DNA of 64,000 nt, taken from NCBI GenBank assembly GCA_032986305.1, contig GCA_032986305.1_3672.1. The stretch is one strand, 5' to 3'. Below the pieces are notes generated by a model. It searched no databases. It was given only the letters and a program-made list of their open reading frames with translations, and was not told the DNA's origin. The position numbers and the translations under genes were made by a program. Shown piece by piece: positions 19,387 to 30,007 of this stretch (position 1 is the first letter of the stretch; each line of letters opens with the position of its first letter). This DNA is from a phage.

Positions 19387-19701
19387 TTACCTTTTACTAT
19401 GCTCTACAAGCATGTGCAAAATCTTTTGTACATCAGCTCGGATACCGGAGACATCTGTCCTGACATCCTGCTTAAGGTCGTTAATATCGGCCTCTAGCTT
19501 GCTTAACCGGGTCTCGATAACGGAATCAAGTTTATCTTTTGTAACCATACTGTTTTTCACTAAGATGAGGTCTTTCTCCAGTTCATCCAACCTCTTGGAA
19601 ATGCCTTTCCATTTGGTGTGCCACTGGTTGAAAGCCCATACACAGATCGGGACAACGGTACCCATGCAGATACCGTACAATGCCGCCAAATCCAACTCCA
19701 C
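19387..19701 (-). CDS. membrane-anchored coiled-coil protein (104 aa)
   Basis: N-terminal hydrophobic helix (LYGICMGTVVPICVWAF) then heptad-rich region. Confidence 0.4.
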   Translation of the reverse strand: MELDLAALYGICMGTVVPICVWAFNQWHTKWKGISKRLDELEKDLILVKNSMVTKDKLDSVIETRLSKLEADINDLKQDVRTDVSGIRADVQKILHMLVEHSKR

Positions 19702-19712
19702 AACACCTCCTC

Positions 19713-20297
19713 TTAGAGGGTAGGTCGCTCCGGGAAGAAAATGTCAGGGGCTTTAGATGTATCTATTTCAAGAAGTTTTACCCTGTACATTTTCAAATCT
19801 CTGATGTTACGTTTCTGGTCATCAGTAAGATCATATTCAAGGTCAATCATGTCTTGATAGGCACCAATTCTAGCAGTAGCCCAAGCAAGTTCTGTCTCTA
19901 TGACACCCTCTGCCTGTTGAACAAAGAATTCATTATCTGTGACAAATTCATCACCAACTAAACGCAAAGCGTCGTGGTGAAGCATAATGTTTTCTGGTAC
20001 CTCTTCTTTTTTGGCGATAACCACACGAAGACCTGGAGCAGGCCATAAGGCATCAGGTTCTTCTGTAGATGTCTTAAGAATTCCCTTCTCGTCAACAAGT
20101 AGGAAGATACAACCCGGATTTTCTTGTCGTAATGTTCGTGACTGCACATACCAATCGCCATCATCATTACGTAAAAAATACCCGGTGTATGCAGTGTAAT
20201 CCTCAACCTCTTGAGGGGTCAGCTCCTTGGTTTCCTTGTTGGCGTGGTATTCGCCAGATCCCGGTTGGTAAAGTTTAAACTCTTGAAGTATTTTCAT
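19713..20297 (-). CDS. tail fiber assembly chaperone (Tfa-like)
   Basis: C-terminal KMYRVKLLEIDTSKAPDIFFPERP resembles the Caudo_TAP signature; immediately follows a fiber gene. Confidence 0.6.
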   Translation of the reverse strand: MKILQEFKLYQPGSGEYHANKETKELTPQEVEDYTAYTGYFLRNDDGDWYVQSRTLRQENPGCIFLLVDEKGILKTSTEEPDALWPAPGLRVVIAKKEEVPENIMLHHDALRLVGDEFVTDNEFFVQQAEGVIETELAWATARIGAYQDMIDLEYDLTDDQKRNIRDLKMYRVKLLEIDTSKAPDIFFPERPTL

Positions 20298-20311
20298 GCT
20301 AGTCCTCCGAT

Positions 20312-21352
20312 CTATGCATAATTAACAGTGATCCATTGACCATTTACAAGTTTTTGTAAAGGTCCTGCCCAGTAGGTTGAACCACGCATCTCTTTTTTGT
20401 CACCGAAATGCCAGCCTGTGACAACGTAGCCGTTGCGGATGGGAGATTCAGAAACGCCGTCCACAAGTCTTGCACCGATTCTGATGTCTTGCACACCTGT
20501 CTGAGGGATAGTGATCGTTACATCACCGTTACCGTTAGCCGTCACTCCATTCACGGAGCGCACCACATTTCTGTTACCGACAACACAGTGCTGGCTTCTT
20601 ACAACCATACTGTCACAACTTGCACCACCATTAATATATACTGATCCAGCCGTCAACTGACTAGCCACATTACAGTTGGTGAATGTTGCTGTATTGCTGA
20701 TAGTAAGGTTATTGCACCTCATGTTATCGACAACTTCAACATTGCCGACCACTTTCAACAACGCACGGTTAGCCGTGATCGCGTTAAGGTACATCAAAGT
20801 GAACTCTGGATTAATATCCGGCTGAGTTGGCTGGAATCTCCAACGAAACGCATCTACTGTAGATGTACCACCATCATCAAACGACCCAATATTATCACTT
20901 AACCCGAAGTCGAGAGTTGTCTTATCTGGGCCAATAGTTGTCTCTATCCAAGCCTTATCTGTCTCGGCAGCTTTAAAGTTGATACGTTGCAAACCCAATG
21001 GGCCTGTCATTGTATCACCTGTAACTTTTACATACCTGGCGTCTGCCTCTTCCTTAGTAATAATCCCAAGGTTTCTACGGGCAACAGGAATGTTCAAAAG
21101 ATCACTCAAGTTATTATCACGTACCAGATAACGGCCTTCTTGAGCGGGGATCTGCTCGTCAGCAATGTATTTTGCCCAAGTTCCGAGCATATTGAAAATA
21201 TAGTTAAGTTCTTCACATGAGGGCTTTTGACCAAGATCCCAACCTTTTCTCCACAAATCATCAATCGGGCGTAGCCTGTTCTGTCTGTGGGTGTTAGGCA
21301 GAACCTGATCCTCCTCTGCCCAAATCTCTAATGGAAAACTAGGTTTTGACAT
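20312..21352 (-). CDS. tail fiber protein, paralog B (346 aa)
   Basis: Shares PLEIWA N-terminus, GDTMTG motif and QKLVNGQWITVNYA C-terminus with paralog A. Confidence 0.6.
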   Translation of the reverse strand: MSKPSFPLEIWAEEDQVLPNTHRQNRLRPIDDLWRKGWDLGQKPSCEELNYIFNMLGTWAKYIADEQIPAQEGRYLVRDNNLSDLLNIPVARRNLGIITKEEADARYVKVTGDTMTGPLGLQRINFKAAETDKAWIETTIGPDKTTLDFGLSDNIGSFDDGGTSTVDAFRWRFQPTQPDINPEFTLMYLNAITANRALLKVVGNVEVVDNMRCNNLTISNTATFTNCNVASQLTAGSVYINGGASCDSMVVRSQHCVVGNRNVVRSVNGVTANGNGDVTITIPQTGVQDIRIGARLVDGVSESPIRNGYVVTGWHFGDKKEMRGSTYWAGPLQKLVNGQWITVNYA

Positions 21353-21364
21353 TTTATCTCCTGA

Positions 21365-23437
21365 TTATGAGAAGTCTGGCGGGACAACATCTTCTACATA
21401 CCCTTTCAGAGCAACCTGCCCCATATGAAGCACGGTAGAATCTCTAGCGGTAACAGTGATGCTGTCAGACATTACTTGCGGGTATGCCCACACATACTGT
21501 TTTACCTCAGGGTATCTATACTCTATAGTTGCCATGTTTCCGCAAATACATCTCCATAAAAATTCTTGGTAATTCCTAGTTGGGTCGTATCCATATACCG
21601 GAGCAAGCTCTTTACTAGGAACGAACCCTGCAAGGTATTGTATTTCAGACGGTTGCCAACCTAACTTAACGATAGGTATGTTTACAGACTCTTTTGCCTT
21701 TTCAATACCTCCCTGCATCACCCAATCGTAGCACTCAGTGCAGAAGAAATCAAGAGCACCTGCTTCTTTTTTATATTGGTCAGCAAGGTTCAGCTTTTGC
21801 GTAAGCTCGGTTTCCATAATGGTTGGGAAAAACAGCAGAGCTGTCATCTGAGCTGATGCAGCGTGTGCCTTTATTGCCTTTGAAATGGCCGCAATACGAG
21901 CGCCAAGCTTACCACGACAAAATGCTACATACTTGTCGTAAACACCGCCTGTTTTAGGATCGTCAATAGTCCCAATATCTAAGGCATACTCGCCTGTCTC
22001 ATCATAAAACGCCTGTTTTGTAGGGTAATCATAAATACAAGGTCTACGAGTATCGGTATTGAACCACCACCACGGTTCACCAACCTGCATAATCACTGGC
22101 AGGTTGTTTCTCATAGCGGCTGATGCAAAATTCTTAAATACTGCAGTAAGGAAATTCATACCCTCTTCAATGGTTGGAGACAGGAGGTAGCTACAAGGTG
22201 TATATCCTGTTTTAGCGTAGTTATCATTCCAGTCTCTTTGTGTCCATTCCAACGGGCAGGCATCGCTGTAAAGCTCAAAACTTACAGACTGCATAACGTC
22301 GAAGTTATGTCGTTTGGCATTGTACATAAAATCATCATGCCATTTATAAGCTGCAGCGTTTAGCGCCCCTGTTCTGTTTATATACCATTGGGTTCCTGAC
22401 CATGTGTAGTCATAATAATGACTCATACCAACATAATGGTTTATGGTTCCAGTATAGCCCAGACGCTTGATATTGTTCAACACCCTTAAAGGAGATACGT
22501 TCCACATATCGTCATATGCGGTGCAGATCCCAACGTCGTGCTCTTTAACCTGAATATTGTTAAGTTGCATCATTTTCCAGCCCGTGTCTGGCTGAAGCAG
22601 ATCTAGGCGCAACTCACACTCTACATTTTCCGTTCTTGGGTCTGTGCTATTACTTACCCAGTCTTTAGGCATAAGCGGTATTAAAATCCTTCTCACCTGT
22701 CGAGGATCAACACCCATCATGTTGTTGTTCTGATCCATCCCGACGCAGTCCTCGAAATCAATATGAATCTCTGCAACATTCTTATCCTCTGAGATGCTGA
22801 CAGCATATTGAGCTAAAGGAACATAGATGATTGTGCCATCAACAAGGTCTACAGTCATAATCATCTTTTCAGGAGTGGAGAAGTTGCTGGCATTGGTTAT
22901 TGACATTCTGAACCAAAGCTTGGTGTTTCTCATCTCATAGTGATCATCAAACCCAATACCGAAATGGTCATACTTGTCAACTGTTTCCCAAATGCACCCA
23001 GCCATACCTCCATATGTTCTTGACACTAAACGGTTAATACAACAGTTGTCATCTGCAACAATACAGGTACTTTCAGTCTGCTGAGTGGTTGTAACCCAAT
23101 ATCTTGGGTGAAACATTCTCTCCTCAACAGTATCCCAGGATATCCTGTCAAGATTCTCATCTGAAACTATTGTACATTTCGCCCTTTGTGTCCCAATCAT
23201 TACCCCTTGAGATTTTGATGAAAACTCCATAAAGAAGCTTCTTGGCAACCTGTTGGGTAATTTGTCAACAATTTCCACTGGGATCTCAATACTGGTTGCC
23301 CCAACTGGGATAGTTACATCGCCCTCAACATGATTATAATCCCTACCAGGAACGGCAGTATCCTGAACTGTTCGGTAATGAAACTGTGCAGCCATTGTAG
23401 AGTAATCACGGTAAGGTTTAAAAACAGCTGTTGCCAT
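21365..23437 (-). CDS. large structural protein (690 aa), possible fiber or spike with enzymatic domain
   Basis: Long ORF in the fiber cluster; Trp/Tyr-rich C-terminal half; function not resolved. Confidence 0.45.
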   Translation of the reverse strand: MATAVFKPYRDYSTMAAQFHYRTVQDTAVPGRDYNHVEGDVTIPVGATSIEIPVEIVDKLPNRLPRSFFMEFSSKSQGVMIGTQRAKCTIVSDENLDRISWDTVEERMFHPRYWVTTTQQTESTCIVADDNCCINRLVSRTYGGMAGCIWETVDKYDHFGIGFDDHYEMRNTKLWFRMSITNASNFSTPEKMIMTVDLVDGTIIYVPLAQYAVSISEDKNVAEIHIDFEDCVGMDQNNNMMGVDPRQVRRILIPLMPKDWVSNSTDPRTENVECELRLDLLQPDTGWKMMQLNNIQVKEHDVGICTAYDDMWNVSPLRVLNNIKRLGYTGTINHYVGMSHYYDYTWSGTQWYINRTGALNAAAYKWHDDFMYNAKRHNFDVMQSVSFELYSDACPLEWTQRDWNDNYAKTGYTPCSYLLSPTIEEGMNFLTAVFKNFASAAMRNNLPVIMQVGEPWWWFNTDTRRPCIYDYPTKQAFYDETGEYALDIGTIDDPKTGGVYDKYVAFCRGKLGARIAAISKAIKAHAASAQMTALLFFPTIMETELTQKLNLADQYKKEAGALDFFCTECYDWVMQGGIEKAKESVNIPIVKLGWQPSEIQYLAGFVPSKELAPVYGYDPTRNYQEFLWRCICGNMATIEYRYPEVKQYVWAYPQVMSDSITVTARDSTVLHMGQVALKGYVEDVVPPDFS

Positions 23438-24123
23438 TAACCCTCCTGTCTAGTTGCGTTTACTGTAATACTTTCACAATAAATGGTTGTGGTGTCCCAA
23501 TCAGGTCTTACGTCAGGAACATATAGCAAAGTAGCCAGCCCACCAACTCCGAATTGGTTTTCTTCCCACACTGATCCGAAGCCAAGAGCTGTAGAGTCTC
23601 CTTCAAAACCAAAAGCTTGCCCTTGCGATTCTGTAAGACGCAAATGACAAGGCAATGGCAGCATATCTAAGATCTGATCGATAGACTGCAATATGTCAAA
23701 GCAAGTTTTTCTAATATTTATGTCAAACCTGAAGTTGTCTCCTTTCCACGTATCGAAATTGTCTCTTCCGAACAATTGTCGCAAGGTGGAGATGACATCT
23801 TCGCGAGTCCCGCCCCTTGATGCTGCGGCCTGCTGAATAATTAGTGTGGCACGAAAATCAGCATCTGAAAGTCCATTCCTAAGAATACCAAGTTGATTAC
23901 CAACTTCGTCAAGGTATCTTCCGCTGGCATTGTTAAGCAATCTTCCTTCAGCCAAACCTACCAGCATCTTATCAACATCCTCCAACCTTTTAAGGTATAC
24001 GGTTAAGAATGTAACTAAATTAACCTTCTCAGCCAGAAAATCTCCAGGCAGGTAGTCAAGACCTCCCTGAACAAAATCTGGCAGAGTGTGGATGTGATTA
24101 ACATCCGACTTAATCTCTGCCAT
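23437..24123 (-). CDS. hypothetical structural protein (228 aa), possibly baseplate-associated
   Basis: Start overlaps the stop of the putative baseplate J-like gene. Confidence 0.4.
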   Translation of the reverse strand: MAEIKSDVNHIHTLPDFVQGGLDYLPGDFLAEKVNLVTFLTVYLKRLEDVDKMLVGLAEGRLLNNASGRYLDEVGNQLGILRNGLSDADFRATLIIQQAAASRGGTREDVISTLRQLFGRDNFDTWKGDNFRFDINIRKTCFDILQSIDQILDMLPLPCHLRLTESQGQAFGFEGDSTALGFGSVWEENQFGVGGLATLLYVPDVRPDWDTTTIYCESITVNATRQEG

Positions 24124-24134
24124 ATCTCGCCGCC

Positions 24135-25625
24135 TTAAATAGTTTGTTGGAAAGTTATATTACTTTCGTCGAGGTCAAACACCTCGGTCATGTTCGCAAC
24201 GATATCGTTTGTCGTGTAAGCTTCATCAGAAGCTCCTACTGGTTTAACTTGAATTACCAGTCTATTAAATCTACCTATCGACACAGCAGCGGATGCAGCA
24301 CCGACCAATTGGATATTGTACAACGTATCTGCAACATCAAGTCCGTTAACAACCTGCAAAAGAGCCTCTACAATGGCATCTTTTTCGGTTGTGGAAAGCG
24401 CAGCGCCGGAATAGGTAATTCTTACATCTAGGCGGTAGGTATTTGCCCTGGAGTAATAAATTCTTTCAGTTTGACCGTCAGATGTAGTGATATCGTAGAA
24501 AATATTACCATAAGTCCTGTTCGTACAGGCTATAGTTTGGTAAAGTGCTTGGCAAATGTCCTCCGTTGCACCACCAAACACAACCACTTGGAACTTGTAA
24601 GGAGGTATACCTTTAGCATCAGTTTTATCGGTGTTGTTGGAGAACACTCTCACTTTCTCAACACCTTTTACCTCGCTTACAGCGCTAAGGATTGCAGGAC
24701 GGGTAGCCTTCGATGTTAACTGTTTTGTGCTGGAAGCTCTTAAGCGATACTCTGAGTCTTTTTCAACATCCCTTCCCTCATTGAATCTTTCTCGGTTGGT
24801 AAGCTTGATAAATCCACTGGGAGTAGGTGACATTGTTGTCACGGTTTCTGCCTCTCTTGACAGCTCACCAGCCTCGTTGGCGATAACATCTAGGGTGATA
24901 GTTCTTTCCCCTACAATCGGGGATACTCTGAAATCTACCCTACTATTAAGTCCAACTTGATCAAGATTCGAATTGTACCCTATCCACAACGTTCCTGTCA
25001 ACATATCGATCTGAATCAAATCGTCGTTCAACAGGGTTGTATTATCGACAATGAATTGCTTAATCTCTCCGTAAAAGCTTGGCAGATCAGAAGAGTCCAG
25101 AGCCTTATCTGTTAAAACCAGACTTTTTGTTTTGATACTTCCATCTGTCTGGTTGGTAATTTGAAAGTTGTATTTCCCAATTCTTAGATCTGGAGCGTTT
25201 ATCCTGTGAGCAATAAGATTCCCTGCTACCTGCACGTCATTGCTAAGAACAAAGTTCCCACTGTCTAATGTGTAAGTTTTGGAATCGTAAATCATGTTGT
25301 ACGGCACAGTTGTGTTGATCGTCAACTGGCAGGTACCTGATGATTTAGAACGGCCTCTTCGGTAAATACCCTGTCTTCCAAGAAGTTCATCTAGGTAAAT
25401 ACCTTCTGCCCCATACAGCGTCTGCGATGCGTATACAGATGCTGCCATAAGAATAAGTTGATACTCTCGCTCGTTGAAGATAGTGGTTAGCTTATCTGCA
25501 ACGGAGTTACTCTGTACGTTGAAGTTTTCGCCAAAAGCACGGATCAGGCTTTGCTTAGTTTCAACGATTAGGTCATTTAGGGTTGGTATAACGAAACCAG
25601 CCTCTGTCAATCCATACTTAGCCAC
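24135..25625 (-). CDS. baseplate J-like protein (putative)
   Basis: N-terminus MAKYGLTEAGFVIPTLNDLIVETKQSLIRAFGEN resembles the conserved start of gpJ/gp6/XkdT baseplate proteins. Confidence 0.5.
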   Translation of the reverse strand: MAKYGLTEAGFVIPTLNDLIVETKQSLIRAFGENFNVQSNSVADKLTTIFNEREYQLILMAASVYASQTLYGAEGIYLDELLGRQGIYRRGRSKSSGTCQLTINTTVPYNMIYDSKTYTLDSGNFVLSNDVQVAGNLIAHRINAPDLRIGKYNFQITNQTDGSIKTKSLVLTDKALDSSDLPSFYGEIKQFIVDNTTLLNDDLIQIDMLTGTLWIGYNSNLDQVGLNSRVDFRVSPIVGERTITLDVIANEAGELSREAETVTTMSPTPSGFIKLTNRERFNEGRDVEKDSEYRLRASSTKQLTSKATRPAILSAVSEVKGVEKVRVFSNNTDKTDAKGIPPYKFQVVVFGGATEDICQALYQTIACTNRTYGNIFYDITTSDGQTERIYYSRANTYRLDVRITYSGAALSTTEKDAIVEALLQVVNGLDVADTLYNIQLVGAASAAVSIGRFNRLVIQVKPVGASDEAYTTNDIVANMTEVFDLDESNITFQQTI

Positions 25626-25693
25626 GTCACTCCTCCGGTATGAAAATCTCTACAAGGTATTTTACCAAATTTTGTAACAATAGTCAATCTGAG

Positions 25694-25722
25694 CATAAAA
25701 ATAAACCCCGCCGAAGCGGGGC
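25694..25722 (-). terminator. rho-independent terminator
   Basis: Minus-strand hairpin gccccgc-ttcg-gcgggg followed by TTTATTTTTAT, directly after the 1279-aa gene. Confidence 0.65.
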
Positions 25723-25730
25723 TTTAAAGG

Positions 25731-28700
25731 TTAGTCGTGAGACTCGTTCCAAGGTCCTTGGAAGCTTGAGTTAGAACGGCTTACCACAACAGTAGGGCAG
25801 GATATTGCGACCCCTGTTACAGAAGACGTTGACCATGGTGTGTAGATTTCAACAACAATATCTATGGTTTGTTCACCAAGACCTGTTATCCCTACCGCAC
25901 ACATGCCGTTGTTGTCGTTTCCGTACTTCTTACCTGCAAGGATTTGATGTCCGGCTATCCAAACGTTGAGCTGGGAGCTGGCAAGAGTACCATTCAGTTT
26001 AAAGAAGAATGTTACGTTCTTACCCTGACCTGAAACGTTATCTACGTATCTCCACCTCCAACGGCAAACCCTTTGCTGGGAGTTATATACTGGAGCACAA
26101 TCCCCGTAAGTCCTGTGTGCAACAATTGCACCTTCGAACTGGTTAGCACGGATAACAGAAGCTTCTACACGACCACGGAAGGTACCTCCGGTTGCATCTA
26201 TGGTGCCCCTAAAGCTACCATTATTGGCATAAACATCCCCACGGAAGGTACCACTAGTGGCGTTAACTGCCCCTGTGAAGTTACCAGAACTAGCGTTGAT
26301 GTTGCCTTTCACCCACACATCCATAAATTGGGCGTGCCCGTTCTTGTTAATATACCAACCGTATTTATGGTACCCGTTGCCATCGTAGTTGTTTGACGAG
26401 ATTTCTTGTGCGATCTTGGCAGAGGAGATCGTGCCATTCTCTATAAAAGCGTCTTTCAAGAACGCTTGGTTGTTCTTGATTGCGAAAGCAAGGGTTGCTG
26501 TTCCATTTCCTGGGTTGTATACCGCAAAATTGTTTGCACTAACCATGAAGTAGGATTGAACTTGGCCTCCAGACCCTTCCATCCCCAACTGAATACCTGC
26601 AACATATTTATTCCCTGCGGAGTCTACCTGTATTTTTGTGCCCCATTGAGCATTTACTTTACCCTCTAAGTCGGTTACAGCCTTAGATGTTGTAGCTACT
26701 GCAGCCCTGATCTCAGACACATCCCCAACATCATCCATGATCTCCTGCTTAGCAACAGCAAGTTCTTGACGAATAGCTGACGCTGTGCCGTTGATAAGGT
26801 CCACAGTGGCTTTGTTGGTATCGGAAATTGTAGCATCCAGCGCTGTTTTTGTGGAGGTCAGTTTTCCATCCAAAGCATCAATCGCTTGCTTGTTGGTAGA
26901 AATCTCCCCACGTGCAGAAGTTATCTGCTCTGACAGTGCAGATGTTTTCTGATTCAGCAGGTCAGTGGTGGCCTTGTTGGTATTGGCAATCAAGGTGTTG
27001 AGGTCAGTTTTTGCGGTAGTTATCTTTCCGTCAAGGGTGGTATAGTTTTTAGATACCGTCGCGTTTGTCTGACTAATCTTTTGATCCAGAGTTTCAGATG
27101 TCCTGTTCAGAAGATCTACAGTGGCTTGGTTAGTGCTCAAGATGCTTGCGTCAAGTTCTGTTCTCTGAGTATTGATCTTACCATCCAGAGTTTTATCTCC
27201 GGCTAAATACCCGCTCTCAACTCCATCTATCTGCTCTACCAGCTCACCTTTGGCGGCAACCAATTTCTCATCTAAAGCCTCTGTCTTTTTGTTCAGAAGA
27301 TCAGTAGTTGCTTTATTGGTTGTCTCAATCAGAGATGCCAATCTTCCACTTTCAGTGTTCAGATCGTTGGTGAACTTGTTCTGTGCAGCAACAAGTTTCC
27401 TATCCAGCGCTGTGATATTGCCATTGACATCCTCAAACTTCTGAGTTGTCTCTGTAACTACCGCACCTATTCTGTCTCCAAGTTGCTGGAATGCCTCATC
27501 TACCCTACCATCCATGTATTTATTAAGCTCTGTGACACGATTTTCAACCCCTTCAATAGAGGAATCCAAAGTGCTCATCAACTCTTTATAAGTTTCTGTC
27601 TTTTTGAATTCAGCATCTATCTGAGGCATCAAATCCTCGATAGAGGTGTAGCAGCGTGCAGCGCATTCTACAAACTGAGAGCTACCAAAAGCGTTTGTGG
27701 TTCGAATATACCAATAATAAACCTTATCGTTCTGCAGGCCTTCAGATGTCCAAGTTGAACCAACACCCATACGGGTGGCGTTTGAAGTAATGGTTGCATC
27801 ACTGGTATCTGGCAATCTTGTCATCCCAGATGTCCAAAAGTCATACTGGGTGCTTACACTAGCCAAGTCTCTGCTGTGCGGGATCAAGGTGATAGCAAAG
27901 TATCCCTGCTTAACCTCTACAGAAACCGGAGCTTCAGGTGCCTGAATGTTAAACTCGCAGTACGCTTCTGGAGATACACCGCCTTTATAAGATGTTGCAA
28001 CCACGGTTGCTGTGTATGACCCTTTGGTCAATCCTTCTACGCGGACAAACTGCTCGACTGTTTGTGCTGTCCAAATAATCTCTCCGTTCTTTCTTACCTG
28101 CACAATGTTTTGAGCATAAGTCCCAACGTTGTCCCAAGCCAAAACACCGTGCGTCACTTCCCCAGCTTGAAGAACAGAGTATCTGAAGTTTTGCGGTTGA
28201 GCTACACCAGATGGAGATATCGGAATATTTACATCTCCAGAGTCTGGAAGTTGCCCTGTGGCATCATTCCACTCTTTAGCATCTTGACGGAGTTTTACCT
28301 TGACACCGCCCTTTTTGGTGAACTCCCATTCAAGAACCCTCATTTCTTGGCCTACTATACCAATACTTGGAAGGTCCATCGTAACGTAACGCCCAGGTTT
28401 AAATTTAAAACCTCGCATATTGCAGGTTACTTCAATAATCCTGCCAGCTCTGGCACGTCTTAAGAATATTGCAGAAACACGTTGAGCCTGATAAGGACTG
28501 GTAACAAAACGATAATCTATATCAATTATCTTTCTTTCTCCGTCCTTCTCCACCCACTCAGGAACGAACACTGATGGGAAGTCTGTTTCAGAATACCCTT
28601 TGGTTGGACTGGTGAATCTGCCAGTTATTGTGTTGGATCTTTTGTCAAATGAGGCTTCCGGATAGATCTTAACCTCACCACAGACACAGTCCTCACTAAG

Positions 28701-29570
28701 TGTCATTGTTGCCGGACCATAGTATGCACCAACTAGTAAACCATACTTACCAGCAACATAACTAAGATCTGCACCGCAAGCTTTCAGCATTTCTGCCATA
28801 ATACTTGCTGGGGCCTCATCCATGTCAAACTCACCATTAATGGTGTAACGACGCTCACTGGTTCCGTCTGCGTTTCTTACAGCCTCGTCACATATGTTGG
28901 CAGCTTCCTTGAAGGACTCCCAGTTGATAGTTTCGTCGGGACATTTGAGGTACGTTCTTAGATAGTCCAGAATCACCAAGGCAGCGTTATTGGTATACAC
29001 CTCCTTACTGATACGAGGATCATAACATTTTTTACCAACCTTGACGAGTGTAACGTTTGGCAACCCAAAAGGAAACTTGTTAGGGTCAAACTTGAAGCTG
29101 GCACGTAGCCAACTGATCCCTCTGCCTATCATGTCTGGTGACCATGAAGGGCAGTGTGTGCCCATGAAAGGATCAGAGGTTTTCCTGTCGTTATGTAACT
29201 CCCACGATACCAAATCGCCATACGAAGAAATAGGATTACCGTCGATAAGTATATCTTCTATGCCTTCCAAGGGATGATTAGCAAGAACAATAGCACAATG
29301 AAGGGTTCTGTCCCTGTCCTGCTCCAAAAACGCAAGCAATCCAGATGTGCGTGTCTTTCCATATACTACAGAGCAAGGTGCAGCAGAAGATCTGAGAAGC
29401 TTTTGTCTATCTTGCTGACTTCTGTAAGATTTGTTGCCCTCGAAAATCTTATCCAGAGTTCTGGTGGTAACAGTGTTCAGGCTGTCAGCCAGAGCTGCCT
29501 TGGATGCGTTCCAGTCATAACTTGAAGATCTTGCAGAAGCAACGATGTTATCAATCATTGCAATTGGCAT
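25731..29570 (-). CDS. lambda gpJ-like central tail fiber / tip attachment protein (1279 aa)
   Basis: Segments recalled as gpJ-like: YRFVTSPYQAQRVSAIFLRRARAGRIIEV, FN3-like YDFWTSG ... VYYWYIRTTNAFGSSQFVECAA, and KYVAGIQLGMEGSGGQVQSYFMVSANNFAVYNPGNGTATLAFAIKNNQAFLKDAFIENGTISSAKI; long coiled-coil in the middle. Confidence 0.65.
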   Translation of the reverse strand: MPIAMIDNIVASARSSSYDWNASKAALADSLNTVTTRTLDKIFEGNKSYRSQQDRQKLLRSSAAPCSVVYGKTRTSGLLAFLEQDRDRTLHCAIVLANHPLEGIEDILIDGNPISSYGDLVSWELHNDRKTSDPFMGTHCPSWSPDMIGRGISWLRASFKFDPNKFPFGLPNVTLVKVGKKCYDPRISKEVYTNNAALVILDYLRTYLKCPDETINWESFKEAANICDEAVRNADGTSERRYTINGEFDMDEAPASIMAEMLKACGADLSYVAGKYGLLVGAYYGPATMTLSEDCVCGEVKIYPEASFDKRSNTITGRFTSPTKGYSETDFPSVFVPEWVEKDGERKIIDIDYRFVTSPYQAQRVSAIFLRRARAGRIIEVTCNMRGFKFKPGRYVTMDLPSIGIVGQEMRVLEWEFTKKGGVKVKLRQDAKEWNDATGQLPDSGDVNIPISPSGVAQPQNFRYSVLQAGEVTHGVLAWDNVGTYAQNIVQVRKNGEIIWTAQTVEQFVRVEGLTKGSYTATVVATSYKGGVSPEAYCEFNIQAPEAPVSVEVKQGYFAITLIPHSRDLASVSTQYDFWTSGMTRLPDTSDATITSNATRMGVGSTWTSEGLQNDKVYYWYIRTTNAFGSSQFVECAARCYTSIEDLMPQIDAEFKKTETYKELMSTLDSSIEGVENRVTELNKYMDGRVDEAFQQLGDRIGAVVTETTQKFEDVNGNITALDRKLVAAQNKFTNDLNTESGRLASLIETTNKATTDLLNKKTEALDEKLVAAKGELVEQIDGVESGYLAGDKTLDGKINTQRTELDASILSTNQATVDLLNRTSETLDQKISQTNATVSKNYTTLDGKITTAKTDLNTLIANTNKATTDLLNQKTSALSEQITSARGEISTNKQAIDALDGKLTSTKTALDATISDTNKATVDLINGTASAIRQELAVAKQEIMDDVGDVSEIRAAVATTSKAVTDLEGKVNAQWGTKIQVDSAGNKYVAGIQLGMEGSGGQVQSYFMVSANNFAVYNPGNGTATLAFAIKNNQAFLKDAFIENGTISSAKIAQEISSNNYDGNGYHKYGWYINKNGHAQFMDVWVKGNINASSGNFTGAVNATSGTFRGDVYANNGSFRGTIDATGGTFRGRVEASVIRANQFEGAIVAHRTYGDCAPVYNSQQRVCRWRWRYVDNVSGQGKNVTFFFKLNGTLASSQLNVWIAGHQILAGKKYGNDNNGMCAVGITGLGEQTIDIVVEIYTPWSTSSVTGVAISCPTVVVSRSNSSFQGPWNESHD

Positions 29571-30007
29571 TAATACCTCCAGACATCAACAACGATAGAA
29601 TCTTTCATATCGAACGTAAAGATCCCTTTATCACCTTTCGCCCAAATCTGGTTGTTCCAAAACACACCAGCGGTGAGGCCGTTCAGACCTTCGAAAATAA
29701 CAATATCACCACGCTGGACCTGTTTAGGAGTATCCAGTCGAGTCAAAAAGAGATCAAAAACAGTAGGTAGGTGTGTGGTTTTGAAACGAAGCATGCACCA
29801 TCTCTTGCTTTCCAACTCTGTTTTATACGTTCCTTCAAAGTTAGAAAGAAAATCTGTTCCGTATTGGGCATCAACACACTTAGCAGCAAAAGTGCAACAA
29901 TCGTGGAATCCCCATTCAAACGGGACGGTGGCTTCTTCGTCAAATACTTTCCACAACCTTTCTTGCCAGTCTACTAAACGAGGATGTGTGCTCATTAAAC
30001 CTCCCAA
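29570..30007 (-). CDS. hypothetical protein (145 aa), possible peptidase-like tail-tip protein
   Basis: WGFHDCCTFAA and RGDIVIF are weakly NlpC/P60-like; no clear catalytic His. Confidence 0.35.
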   Translation of the reverse strand: MGGLMSTHPRLVDWQERLWKVFDEEATVPFEWGFHDCCTFAAKCVDAQYGTDFLSNFEGTYKTELESKRWCMLRFKTTHLPTVFDLFLTRLDTPKQVQRGDIVIFEGLNGLTAGVFWNNQIWAKGDKGIFTFDMKDSIVVDVWRY

